A stretch of DNA of 64,000 nt from Oikopleura dioica (taxonomy: Eukaryota; Animalia; Chordata): positions 6,696,001 through 6,760,000 of the forward strand of contig OU015567.1 in the NCBI GenBank assembly GCA_907165135.1, in the 5' to 3' direction. Position numbers and translations under genes: made by a program. The notes under the pieces are model-generated. The model worked only from the letters and a program-made list of their open reading frames with translations. It did not search any database and was not told the origin of the DNA. Positions 51,701 through 64,000 of the stretch are shown in pieces (the first letter of the stretch is position 1; every line of letters begins with the position of its first letter).

Positions 51701-54345
51701 AACACTCTATCAATCTCCTCAACAAAGCCAACCCTGGTGCTAATGAACATAAAATAACGCTGAAAATTGGCGGAGGGGACTCTCCCGTCGAATCCGAACC
51801 TGCCCGAGCTGACAATGCTGACCGATTCGTTTCGTTCAAGAAATCAGCACCCACTGGATCTGCAATAGTAGCCACAGCTGAATCTAACCCTTCAAAAGCT
51901 GCTGTGAGAAAACTCGACCTTGCTAAGAAAATTGAACCAGCAATTCAACGACTCAAGAACGCGCAAAAGAAAGAAGCTGGAGAAGAAAGTCAAACTGTCA
52001 CGAAAATCCGTGTGAGAGCTGGATCTATTGGAAAGAACGTCCTAAAGACAACTGCTATTCAGAAACAAGTTTCGCCTATTATGAGACGTCCTACTATGCG
52101 AAAACGGTGAGTTAAAAGCGCGTTAAATTTACGAAAAAAGTCACATTTTTCAAAAAAAATCATTGAAAGAAAACCTCTGACCTTAACTTTGATCTTCAGG
52201 ACGGAGACCTTCTCCGACGCTCATTACCAGGAACTGATGGGCGACAACAAGGATCCCGCCAATCGCAACGACGAGCAAGTGGAGTCCATCCGCAACTTCA
52301 TTGCCGACACCATCGAAGAAAAGCGCCTAAACGAAGGTCAGAGCGCAGCCGATGAGAATGACGAGTTCGAAGACTTCGACATTGGTGATCTTGACGCGCC
52401 AGTTTTTATGGACAACATCCAGCCGGACGCGTTCTACGTCCTCAACGAAGAAGCGATTCAATCCGACCCGGACTACATCAAAAACCTTCTTCGAATCAAC
52501 AACAACGGAATAATCTTACCTGACGATTCCTCGTCTCCTTCCTCTCCTGCCATTTCCAATGCTGATTCTCCTCTCTCTCCCTTCCTCGAATTCGACGAGA
52601 ACAGCAACAGTTCCTCGGTCATCAAGCAAGAGGAAGAGCGCCCCTCTCCTCCGCTCAATCGGAACAGCCAATTGGACGCTGCATCAAAGCGAGCTTGTGA
52701 TCACCCCGACAGTAGCCACACCGAGCCGAGAAGAAAAAGGCGGAAACCAGAGAACCCAGTCAAAATCGAAGAAGAGAACTCTCTTTCTTCTCACGTGCCA
52801 GCCGCCCACGAGCGCGAAGAGATGATCGGGCAGAATTACGATTTCTCGAGTTTTTCCAATTATGAAAATGAAGAAGAAGTAGAGATCAAAGAAGAGCCAA
52901 TGGAATATGAAGAACAGGAGTCACAGATTACTCCTGACAGATCAGCTTTCATCGCTCAAATCGAAGAAGACATGAAACAGGAGGAGGAAAAATTCGACGT
53001 CGCTAAAGACATGGAAGACTCCGATTCTGACTCTCAATCTAGCGACATCTCGCTCTTCTCCGACATCGAAATGTACGAAGCCGAAGACGAGTTTGAAAAG
53101 GAACTACTTCTTTGGCGAGAGAGCGGGGAAGCAGACCACATTCGCAAGTTCGCCGAGAGGAGTTTCACCAGGTTTGAAAAGTTTCTTTTTCGCGAACTGT
53201 CGCGCAGACAATGACAACATCACATTCCCACATGTTCAGAACGCCTACGGATGAGCAAAACGCCGCGAATTTGGAAATGCTCAGAGCAGTTGGGAGAGAA
53301 TTCGACAATAAATATCCCGCTCCTGAGAAGATAGAGAAGCAGAAGCTGTCGCCTGACTCAGGATTCGACGAAGAGTCAGAGCAAGAGGTGGAGAACAAGG
53401 AAGAGTACGGCGAGCCCCTGTCACCTGACTCGACTGCTTCTTTATCGCCCCCGCATTTTGCGGGAGAAAACGAGACTTTGGAGAAGCAAGCGAAAGAATC
53501 GAAAACACCTGACAGAAAACACATTAATCACACGAGTAATCACAGTAAGTTCTACGCGCCCAGCAAATTAGACACTCCTCCTGCTACTCCTCCTCAAAAC
53601 ACGATGATCACATTTGAACAAGAAAGAAATGCTGAAGATATTGAAGCTCTTGCTAGGTTAGTCGAAAAAAAGCAAAAATTTGTTCGAAAAGCTGGAAATT
53701 TTGGTCGAAAAATCGAAATTTTAGTCAGAAAAGTCGAACAATCGAGAATCTTTGGATGTCTTTCCTACGATTTTTCGACAATTTAGGTCATTTTCTAGCG
53801 TAAAAGTCGCAGAGAATCGATTTTCTCTACTGAATCTTTTATTCTAGAGTTCAAATGCTGGAGAAAATCGTGGATCTAGAAAGCTGCCCAAAAGTGCGTG
53901 ACGTGTCGATAAGTCACGTGGCCCTGGATCGCTACAAAATAACGAAAAGAATCAGAACAAAGCAAAACGACCGGCGAAGAAATCATCGCAGCCTGCAGCG
54001 CGGCTTCGTGCTCCAAGTCACCGAGAGCTGCAGCAGCGCTGGCATCTACAACATGATCAAGGACTTTGCACAAGAAGTGAACATTAGATCGGTGCAAGAA
54101 GTAAGCACGCGAAAGCATCTCGTTATGCTTTCGACCGAAAGTGGAAAGGAGCGGTTTTACAAAGCTCTGAACGGAGTTAAAAGAAGCTTTGGATGGAAAA
54201 TTCGTCCGGCTGATGAATCCATTTTACCGGTAAGAAACATCGAACAGATTGGCAGAATCTCGTATTATTAACTATGTTTAACACAGTAATTACTGTATTT
54301 ACAGTTTGGTTATTAAAATTTTAGACTCTTTACGACCAGAAATGA
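48744..54345 (+). CDS. Large, mostly disordered protein (acidic, S/P/T- and K-rich) with a possible C-terminal RRM-like fold; could be more than one gene
   Basis: Chain of plus-strand ORFs separated by short GT-AG introns; basic NLS-like motifs (PPPRKRK, RRKRRK). No ortholog recognised. Confidence 0.6.
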
Positions 54346-55369
54346 AGAATTAGCAAAAAATTGAAGTTCAACTCACAAAAAAAAAACAAAAAAATATATT
54401 CTGCTCCGCTGCTCCTTCCACAAGCCTTTTTCCACGCCCGGGGATTTCAAAGTAAGCTGGCTTTAGTGAATTTTATTTATTTGAATGTATTGATAAACCG
54501 TTCTTTCTATCCTTCCTCAAGCACCTATTTATAGTGGTGAAAATGTAGCTCAATCTTATTTATTCAAACTTTTTTTCTGTAAATTTTGTAAATTGCAATT
54601 TCCTAAGTACATTCTTCCGGAAAAACTAATAGGCTCTTATTAATTTGAATGTATGCTGAGAAAACTAAGAAAAATCAACTACCGAATGATGCGTCTAGTA
54701 GCCGCAAATGTTGTGGTTAAAAACTGTTCTTGAAAACTGAATGAATCCAAATTCCTGGGCAGCCTGTGGGAGGGCAGATCTCGTCGAGCAAGCTTTCTTC
54801 TTTTTCTCCATTTGTATGTTAAAAACCCGACAGAAAAACACTTAGCTTATTACTATTTTATTTATTTCAATTTTAGCCTCTATTGTTTCTGAATCATTTA
54901 TTCAAATTTATCCTTTTGATTTCAAAATTTCCAATGTCCAAGTTTTAGAATTTTCAAATTTTCCGTCTCTCTTTCATGATTGCGGGGGCTTCAGAATAAG
55001 GCTCCGCCGTCAGGATTGGAACCTCCTTTTACCTGAAAATATTCCTTTTTCTACCATTTATTGACTGATACTGACGCTTATTTATTCTGATTTTCTTCCC
55101 TGACAAGTAGTTCTTTCTCTGTCTTTTCTGGTTTTACAATTTCAAATGAAAGAAAGTTATTGAAAGTTACAAATATTCGAATAAAAATCACAAAACAGAA
55201 AGTATGTTAGACTGCGTTTTTCTTGGATGAGCAGACTTTTCGAAGCGCAGCAGGGAAAAATAATGTCTTCGTCGAGTTCGTCGTCGAGTTCTTCAAGTTC
55301 GTCTAGTTCATCAAGCCACGTGTTCAACTTTCAATCAGCTTTTTCTTGTAGATACATAGTGCGGCTTTT

Positions 55370-55970
55370 GACGATTTTCAATAAGGATTTCTGAGTGAAA
55401 TCCTGACCCCCCTTATTTATTAGCTCATCTGAAAGAGCGTAAAAAGTTACCCGAGAAGAGCCCTCAAAATCTTGATTTTTTGTTGAAGATGACGTCACAG
55501 CACGTGATTGAAGTTCCAAAGTACCGGATTTCTCCTACGCCCGCATTTCAAGTCCTCTTAGCTACCCGGGCGTATGATAGCTGAAAATGATCGTCTCGTT
55601 GAGCTCTAGGTCAGCATCGTGTTTTCATCCCTTGTCAACCTTTCGTTCTTAAAATCAATGTTTTAAGCAAACAGGTGATTTCAAAAGGGTTGAAAAATGA
55701 ATGGAATGTGATGAAAACTAGATGCTGACCTAGAGCTCAACGAGACGATCATTTTCAGCTATCACACGCCCGGGTAGCTAAGAGGACTTGGAAATGCGGG
55801 CGTAGGAGAAATCCGGTACTATGGAACTTCAATCACGTGCTGTGACGTCATCTTTAACAAAAAATCAAGATTTTGAGGGCTCTTCTCGGGTAACTTTTTA
55901 CGCTCTTTCAGATGAGCAAATAAATAAGGTGGGTCAGGATTTAACTCAGAAATCCTTACTGAAAATCGTC
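55370..55970. mobile_element. Foldback element with ~250-bp TIRs
   Basis: 55370-55618 is the near reverse complement of 55721-55970; T-rich flanks, TSD ambiguous. Confidence 0.88.
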
Positions 55971-56120
55971 TTTATCGACGAAAAGCTCGAAGCCGCGAGC
56001 GGCTTCTCGAGTACTTTTCATCAGAAAAGTTTGTAGACGCTCTGTAGAATTGTTTCTAGACACAGTCTATTTACCGTCTCAAAAGGGGAGCTAGGATTGT
56101 TGATTTCTCATTTTTTATAA

Positions 56121-59100
56121 ATGCCTTTCGTAAATAAGAGCCGAAAAATAAACTACCGGAGATTGATTGAACACGGCTCCAGCTCATCATCGGAATCGGA
56201 GGCAGAAGAAAACAAGCCGCAGGAAAATGTTATTCTCGACAGTGATACACTCTCAGCGCGACGAGGGCAAAAGCAAACCAAGCGGCTCACTCGATCCAGG
56301 GTTAAAAACTCGCCAAGAGCCAAGAGTCGCTCAAACGGGCTCAAAAACGAACCCAGCTCCTCCAGCTCAAGAAACCAGCCAAAGAATCACGCGAAGAGTT
56401 CTTCAGACGACGAAGGTACTTGCTCATAGACATTCCTCAAGATTGTCAACAGGGTGTAACATTTCAGACCGAAGATTGTCGATTATAAAACCTGCAAGTA
56501 TGCGGATTTTGCTATCTGCAATCTTCCGCCTCAAATGTTTAACTGAGTTGACAATCTTGGAATCATGATCGCAGATTTTAACAGCTGGTGCGTAGTTCTA
56601 GTGCCGAATAGAACCTGTCCGGTGAAAGGCTGCGACTCGAAGCTCCACATTTCTGGCAAGGGCGATAGTCACTTTCTCGTCGAAGCATGTCCACTGTATC
56701 ACAACATCGTTGGGAAAGCGGATGATCCGCAAAAGTTGCGCGAGAGGATAAATGCAGACCGCGCGCGCCTGGAGCGCTTCGACGATCCCAACGATTATAA
56801 AGGTATCATCCCACAGTCTTCTGGAGACTTTTTGGATCATCCCTTCTTTTTCAGAATTTCTGCACAAGAGAAGGCGCAACGGGCGTGTTCTCGATCGCAA
56901 GCTCGCGCCGCCGGCGAAGAAGCCAAATAGCAGTAGCTCTGTTCCTGAAATCGGCCGTGAGCCGCAACTCAATCGCCTCGGCTGCTCGCAATTCGATTTG
57001 AATCTCTTCCGAGAGGCTCAAGCCAAAGCGGCGGAGAAAGAAGAAGTCGACCAGCACTTGGGCGTCGGAAAACTGCAACAGATTCAGTTCGGCCGGCACG
57101 AGTACAGAACTTGGTACCAAGCGCCCTATCCGTCCAAGTTTCATAATTGCTCGAAGCTCTTTATCTGCCATTTGTGTCTCGAGGTAAGACGATTCGACGC
57201 GCAGATCTTGGGCGGTCTTCCAAGTTATCGCATTAACCCCTGTTCATCCCTGATCCGCTTTCTGATGTGCCCCATTTTAGCCTTTCAAATGCGACGCTAC
57301 TTTGCGGCGACACATAAGCAAATGTGAACTGCGCTCGCCCCCAGGAATCCAGCTCTACGTCGACTCGCCCAACAACGACGACAATCAAATTGCTGTTTAT
57401 GAGGTCGACGGAACTTATGCAAAAGCGTACTGTAGGAATCTTTGCTTGCTGTCGAAGCTCTTTCTCGATTCTAAGGTAAATAATTCTGCTTTTCGCTGTT
57501 CAAGGTCAATAGATTAAAATTTATTTAACTATACAAGTAAATATACAGAAAGTTCTATAATTACAGTCTTTGGAGAGGGATAATTACAGTCTGATCGTCA
57601 TTTTCCGACTTGGAAAACGCGACCTGTAGTGTTTTCTTTCGAGGTCACTTTTGTAGAGCCAAATGAAGCCAAGAAGGAGTAACGAAGTGTTCATAATCGA
57701 AAGCACAAAATACGTCTGAATACATATTTACTATTCTTCTTCAGTTGATTGAATTCATTCAAGGCTCTTTTCAAAAGGTTTTGAACATCGCTCTTATGAA
57801 TATTAAAAGTCCGCTAATCCTGTTCACCCGTTCAGTCGGGAAGGATTTCAACTCTTTTGAAAAGAGTTTTTTAATTTCTTATTGAGGGGGATTAAAAGAT
57901 TAAGAATTAGGAAGTCTTACATTTCGCGAGAGTTTGGCAAGTATGGGATGGACTTCGGAGAACTTTGTGTAGACAATCCAACTCATGACAGTTGCGGGAA
58001 CTGTAATTATTAACAGGCAAATTGGCGGGCGCAAGAATGGATTGATAAAACCTGGAAGGTTTGGGTTAGGAGGGGCGCTCTTTTGGAGATGAAAGATTAC
58101 CGTTTTCAATTGGTCTTACAGAGCTGTTGTGGTCTTGGACAAATCTTCGGATTCTGTCTCTTTGGCTTCGCCGCGATCTCTAGAAATTTGTCTTTCGAAC
58201 CGTATTTTGTACAGTGACTTGTTTGGCAAGTTTTTCTTTTTGACAAGTGTAGCCATCAGAATCACTCATTTGATTCTTTTTAAAAGCGAAAAAACTAAAT
58301 TACCCTATTTTGATGATGATGGGAATGATCTGTTCTGCCTGAAGCCGCTCCATTCGCCCCTAAAACACATTTTTAATTCGCGTCTCTTGAATTTTGAAAC
58401 TGTTATTTCTCAGTTAATGGCCTCTGTTCAATTATGAACGGTTCTTATTTCTCTTAGTGGTACTTCTTTCCTCCTCTTTTTTGCTTATCTTACGTGGTAG
58501 ACCGAACATCTTCGCGCCTTTGCTCCGGTTTTAAGTTGAATATTTCATTCGATCTCGCGAAATAAATAAAAATGCTTAGGGGACAGAATAAACTAACAGC
58601 GTAAGCCGCGGGTCTCTTCTAATGGAGCCTCCATTCACTCGAAAGCAGTTTAGTAAGAATTAAATATACTAAATAGCTTTTCTGGTAAATTGTCGAACTG
58701 GCGGCTACTAAGTTTAACAGACTCTGTTAAATTTATATTGTATCCGCTTAGACTGGAATAGAAAGTTTAATCTGCTCGATTGAGCAGTTTAAACAAGCGC
58801 GGATTGAATCTACGAGTCTACTGTATATGTATAATATATAGTCTTGCTTCTATAGGGTATAGTTGTTCATATGATAATAATTAATTTAATGATTAATAAT
58901 TTCAAATTTCTATCAAGGATTTCTCCCAAATCGACTTTTTAGTTGTTACCTATTGGATAAGAAAATCTCATAATACATTCAGCTAAATATGCTTCAAATT
59001 TATCCTCAGAAAACGGATAATTATCGCATAATCATAACAGCGACTGAATGTTTTAATATATCCAATAAATTCGTTTCTTTTTCTTACCCTGATTTGTCAT

Positions 59101-61688
59101 CAATTTATCTATCTCTCTGTCTCTTTTTGTTTGATATTTGTATATGTTAGTGGAAATCCTTAGCGTTTATAAAAAGTGAGTTCCATCTGTTGTGGAGTAA
59201 GCGAGCGGGAAAAAATGGAGTCAGTTACTTTATTAGCCATGGTATGCATACCAAGCAGTCATTAGTTCATCTCTTTTTTCGCAAGGTTTTTATACACAAA
59301 TGGCTTTGTATAAATGTCTCTGTATCTATTTTTGTGTTTGTCAAATGAACTTGCTTCGGTTTTCGTACTTTTCAGGCCTTTAGCAAAGGCAGCAGGCATT
59401 GATTTTGGCGTGTTTCTATTCGACATTTTTTATATTCAGATATAGAATAGATAGAAACGAATGAGTAATTGGAAGTAGCATAAGATTTATAAAGCAAAAG
59501 GCGATTACGGATTAAAAAGGCAAATGAAAGATCTGTCGAATCGATAAATTATTATCAGATATTGATATTAACTGACGATTTGGATCACGTGAAGTTCCAT
59601 AGGGAAATTCTAGCGTCTTTCAAGTGCGACTGAGGGACTTTTGTTTTTCTCCTTGTTTTTACCTCTTATGCCGATTTTCATTGCGTTTGACATTTTTTAC
59701 CAGATTTGCTGATGTAGAATAAAACTCGCCAATTACCAACGATTATGAAGCAAAAGGCGATTAAGCTTTAAAAAGACAGATAAAAGCCTGTCGAATTGAT
59801 AATTGACTGGCAGGTTCTGACGCATAATCCGGTCATGTGCAGTTATCCAAATCTGTTATTTTCGGGTAATAAATGGACAGGAGGAAATAGACAAACGCCT
59901 AAATGAAATCCTAAATTATCGGATGAGCATTCTGTCAGACTGAGCTGAAACGGGTCTTAGACGCTCTGTTTTTTCTGGATTTTTTCGTTTAATTAGGTCG
60001 GTTAATTGATTTCAATGTACCTAGACTGGTTAGTGTAGTGACGATTTTCTTCATATGCTTCTAGACTAGTATAATCTAATCTCTTTTCTCAGACAATGTT
60101 CTACGATGTGGAGCCATTCTGGTTCTACATTCTGATCGAGCGCAAACGCGGAGATGTATTCACCACCGTCGGTTACTTCTCAAAAGAAAAGAACCCCGCA
60201 ATCGACTACAATCTTTCTTGCATCATGGTTCTCCCGGCTTACATGGGCAAAGGCTACGGCAAATTTCGTAAGTTCAAGTTTTTTTCATTCAACATGTCAA
60301 TGTCGATTTACGTCTGATTCTTTCAGTAATTGATCTGTCGTATGCACTGAGCCGACAAGACGGGATCCTTGGTTCTCCGGAACGACCGCTGTCGGATTTG
60401 GGCTTGATTAGCTACCGTAGTTATTGGAAAGACGTCATTGTGAGATACATACTGACATTACAGGATGATCAGAAGTTCTCCATCCGGGAGCTGTCTCTCC
60501 AGTCCGGTATTTTGCAAAACGACTTGGTTTCTACGCTACAATACATGCAGGTTAGTCGAATACTTCTTGGTAACCTGTGTAGAAACCTGAGTCAGGGTCT
60601 TGAAATATTGTGGTTTTCCATTTTAAGAGCGCCCACTTTAAGAGCGTTTTTGCCTATATTTTGAAAATGTTGTCATCTGCCAAAATTCCAGTTTAAGAGC
60701 GTTTTTGAAGATTTCTATTAAAAATCAAAATTTTTAGACTTACAGTGAATCACTTATTAAAAAATTTTGTAATCTTTGACTGCTTTTCTGGCCATTTTGA
60801 GGTCGAAGGCTTCGCAGTGTCTCTATCTCTTGAACTTGAGGTTCCTCTTCAATCTCCATCGGGGTCGCGGCTCGTGTTTCATCGATTTAAAGCGCCTGAA
60901 AATGCTCGACCAGCTCTTCCTCGTCTTCTTTCTCCAGCACACTTTCCAAAACATCCAAGTCCTCAAAATCTTCAACAGCTCCTTCGAATTCTTCCTCCTT
61001 GATCAGCCCAGTATTGATCCAAGAGCGCTAGAAGATTGCTGGATTCATGTTCATGAAGATTTCGTTCGCTTTGTTCACTAGATCTTCTTCCTTGATGTTC
61101 AGATGATCATGATCGACGATGGATCGTTAAGAAAACATCGGATCTTTTTTGTTATTGCAGAACACAAGGTTGTCACAAAAGATTAAAAATCCCACTGTCA
61201 TCCTACAGTGGCATGCGCGGGTTCCGCCCTATTCGAGCGTGCACGACTCCCGCCCTATCTAGAGGAACTTTTTGTACTAGCTCTATCTGGAAATGGAAAA
61301 ATCGTGCAGCGTTGCCGCCCTGTTTTCCAGAACTTGGATAGGGCGGAACCCACGCACGCCATTGTACCTTGATTGAAAAATTTTCAATCTAAGAGCGATT
61401 TGAGCGAGGCCTGTCATCCAAAAACGCTCTTAAAATGGAAAACCACGGTATATACCGACACCCCTGACTCAGGCTTGTACACAGTTTCCCAAATGAGCAA
61501 AGAGCCAAAATTGTCTTCAGAACATCAAATACTGGCGAGGAAAGCACATCATTCTCTTCTCCCCTTCGAGCAAAGAGCAGTGGAAATCGCGCCTTTCCCG
61601 GCAGGGACTGCGCTGCAAGCCCGAAATGATCACCCGCAACGGTCCGAACACTCCCGCCACTGCACCTCCCTCTTCTTCTACGTCCTAA
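56121..61688 (+). CDS. KAT7: MYST histone acetyltransferase HBO1
   Basis: Ser-rich N-terminus; CCHHC finger CPVKGCDSKLHISGK.DSHF..EACPLYHN; MYST motifs YCRNLCLLSKLFLD, GYFSKEK, YNLSCI, GKGYG, GSPERPLSDLG; last exon (61521-61688) KYWRGKH. Confidence 0.93.
60608..61448 (-). mobile_element. Decayed pogo/Tigger-like transposon with transposase C-terminal remnant
   Basis: TA flanks (60606-60607, 61449-61450); TIR (C/T)(C/T)GTGGTTTTCCATTTTAAGAGCG; minus-strand remnant IF*RSWINTGLI + acidic tract + KQSKITKFFNK* with two stops and a frameshift. Confidence 0.7.
61206..61364. mobile_element. Tc1/mariner-type MITE
   Basis: TA|CAGTGGCATGCGCGGGTTCCGCCCTAT ... ATAGGGCGGAACCCACGCACGCCATTG|TA. Confidence 0.85.
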
Positions 61689-61995
61689 TCAGCTACAATC
61701 TCCCTCCTCATCAATTTTAAACTATTAACTGTCTAAACACACACACCGCTTTCTGAGACTATCTGTATCGTCTTGCGCCGTTCAAACTGCCCCCTTCAAT
61801 ATATCTTCTAAAAATAATCGCTTTCCGTTTCAAAAACTTCGAAAATTCAAAATGACTAGTTATTATTTCTTCTTTTCTTTTGGAAAGGGAAGTTTTCCTG
61901 AAAAATGAAGCAGATGATTTTCCAACAATGAGATTTTCCCGCAATACGAATTTCCTGCAACTTGATTTTCCCGAAAGTGGATTTTACGGCGTTAA

Positions 61996-62744
61996 GGGAC
62001 CCCGCCGACCGAGCTCCCGCGCGCTTCTCGCTCTTTTTCACTCTCACTCTTCAGCTGGTTTAATTTTTCGATTATCGTGATTTTTGTACACGAACTAATC
62101 TTTTATGCTCTTTCATCTCCATTTCTTAAAATTTTCATAGCTTATTGCAACGCTGAGTTAGGGCGAAAACATCGGCGCTCGATTTCAAGTGTACATAAGT
62201 ACTCGAATTATTCGGATTGACACTTCGAGACTACCCTCATTGAAAAGCCCGTGCCTTCTTGCATAAGGCTTACTTATTGAGATTTTATTATAATTTATGC
62301 AGCTCTCGTAATCGAGCGGTAAATAAAGGTTGTTCTGACCAGCGCAGCGGGAATCCCGCGCCAACAGTGTAAACTGCCCGTGTTTCACGCCGAGCGCTCC
62401 AGGTAACCCGCATTAATCCCACGATAATCGGATAAGTAAACTCTTCCGGGAAATCTCAATAAGTAGGCCTTATGCAAGAAGGCACGGGCTTTTCAATGAG
62501 GGCAGTCTCGAAGTGTCAATCCGAATAATTCGAGTACTTATGTACACTTGAAATCGAGCGCCGATGTTTTCGCCCTAACTCAGCGTAGCAATAAGCTATG
62601 AAAATTTTAAGAAATGGAGATGAAAGAGCATAAAAAGATTAGTTCGTGTACAAAAAATCACGATAATCGAAAAAATTAAACCAGCTGAAGAGTGAGAGTG
62701 AAAAAGAGCGAGAAGCGCGCGCGGAGCTCGGTCGGCGGGGTCCC
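61996..62744. mobile_element. TTAA-flanked foldback element (Kolobok-like), ~290-bp TIRs
   Basis: TTAA|GGGACCCCGCCGACC ... GGTCGGCGGGGTCCC|TTAA; arms nearly identical over ~290 bp. Confidence 0.92.
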
Positions 62745-62748
62745 TTAA

Positions 62749-63146
62749 GGGGGTAGAAACAGCTTTTTCCGAAAAGGGCGATTTTTCACCGGCGCTACAG
62801 ACAAGAGAATCTTACATTTTCAAATTTTCTCTTCAGGTTTAGATAGATACATCTTAGATCTAAGAACATCTCTCTCGAAATTTGTTTTAGTCATCGAATT
62901 TTTGAGTAAGCGGGCTCAGAAGCAGCTCATCTCTCCGAAATTCTCGATTTTCGCAAATTTTTAAACACGTATATCTCAAGTCCCCTGATAGTTAAACAAA
63001 TTTCATTCACATTTTTGTGAAGCTCAATCCTTTTTCTAGGAACATTTATGAGGAAATTTCGTGAACATAAATTAATCTTTAAGAAGACATAATATGTTTT
63101 CTTCTATATAGCTGCATTCCAAGATCGAGAAAGCTGTTTCTACCCC
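62749..63146. mobile_element. TTAA-flanked MITE (Kolobok-like), ~18-bp TIRs
   Basis: TTAA|GGGGGTAGAAACAGCTTT ... AAAGCTGTTTCTACCCC|TTAA. Confidence 0.85.
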
Positions 63147-63399
63147 TTAACGTGAAAATCTTATTGCAGGAAAATCGTTTTTCCGGAAAATCCTCTTTTC
63201 CTTTCTTGAAGGGAAGAAAATAGATCCCACTGGTCATTTTGGAAATGAGAATCTATCGTTTTGTCAGAGAAATGAGCAAATATTTGGTGTTGAGCGCAAA
63301 TGTAGCTAAAAATTGAATTCTGAGAGTTGCCTATTTAGAAAATTAGAGAAAGTAAGAATGAGTGAGAATTGTTTACTTGGAGCGGAGGAGTTGTTCTCC

Positions 63400-64000
63400 A
63401 TGGCCGATTTCCAAGAGACGGGAGATACGGGGCAACTTCTAGCGCCCGACCTGACAAAAAGGGATAAGAATAAATAATCGTAATAACGATGAGTAGTTGT
63501 TGATTTTTATGGCGCTTAAAAAGGGAAAATATGGAGAGTAAAGCCTTATCCACGCATAGATTTGTCTCAGTATTGGTACAGAGAAGATACGCAGGACGCA
63601 TTGATCAGAGAAATTCAACGGCTAGTAGAGTTGGGATTTGAAACTTCTAAAAATTGAAGAAATTTTTCTTTTAAAAATCTCGTGCAGAAAATGACGAGCG
63701 CGCTAGAATCGATTTTCTGCAGAATGGAGAAGATCGCCCCAGACTTGATGAAAAATGCAGCTTGCTAGAGTTCGATAGGCGTTTTCAAGTGTACGACAAC
63801 TTCTACTTCTACGATCTGAACTTTCCGCTCGCCGACGAAGTCAAAAAGTTAGAAAAGAAGAGCTTTGACGTGATTTTGACAGATCCACCTTTTTGGCTGG
63901 AAGAATACTTGAATAAGTTATTCGAGACGGTGGATTATTTGGCAAAGGATGAGGCGAAAGTGCTGGTTTGTGCGGGGCCGCCGATGATTTCTTTTATGGA
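63400..64000 (+). CDS. EEF1AKMT1: EEF1A lysine methyltransferase 1 (N6AMT2)-like, runs off the right edge; first exon uncertain
   Basis: Hand translation DLSQYWY..., LLEFDRRF, FYFYDLNFP, SFDVILTDPPF and ETVDYL match the family (not in the ORF track). Confidence 0.78.

Larger units (their letters stand above)
60563..61497. mobile_element. Split copy of the hAT-type MITE family hosting nested insertions in the last KAT7 intron
   Basis: Left half AACCTGTGTAGAAACCTGAGTCAGGG (~60572-60597) and right half CCCTGACTCAGGCTTGTACACAG (~61462-61484) match the 44169/44793 family; outer ends approximate. Confidence 0.7.

Noticed and set aside
55262-55340. Poly-Ser micro-ORF MSSSSSS... upstream of KAT7
   Set aside because: Low-complexity, runs into the foldback element, and has no convincing splice link to KAT7.

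Overview
Gene-dense, AT-rich eukaryotic DNA read with the standard code. Introns are mostly about 40-110 nt and several are GA-AG, which points to a larvacean tunicate, most likely Oikopleura dioica (inference). A co-oriented minus-strand housekeeping cluster (FIP1L1, AGL, VPS45, SELENOI/EPT1, an RCN2-like KDEL protein, two small paralogs, ARMC2-like) is followed by a PRKX-like kinase, Ig-domain exons, a 54-bp x ~35 tandem array, a secreted LDLa/Thr-pair-repeat protein and a GPI-anchored multi-Ly6/uPAR protein. The right half holds MPC1, two tandem purple acid phosphatases, TBL2, a large disordered unknown protein, KAT7/HBO1 and the start of an EEF1AKMT1-like gene. At least ten non-autonomous DNA transposons with readable TIRs or TSDs are present. 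Best observations: a 576-bp TIR element inside a PRKX coding exon whose exact removal restores the frame; a SELENOI UGA stop at the position of the vertebrate selenocysteine, with no SECIS core downstream; four homology-supported GA-AG introns; and a three-level nested transposon with a PIP-box remnant. Gene identities rest on motif recall, not database searches. Many boundaries are approximate. No tRNA, rRNA or CRISPR was found.
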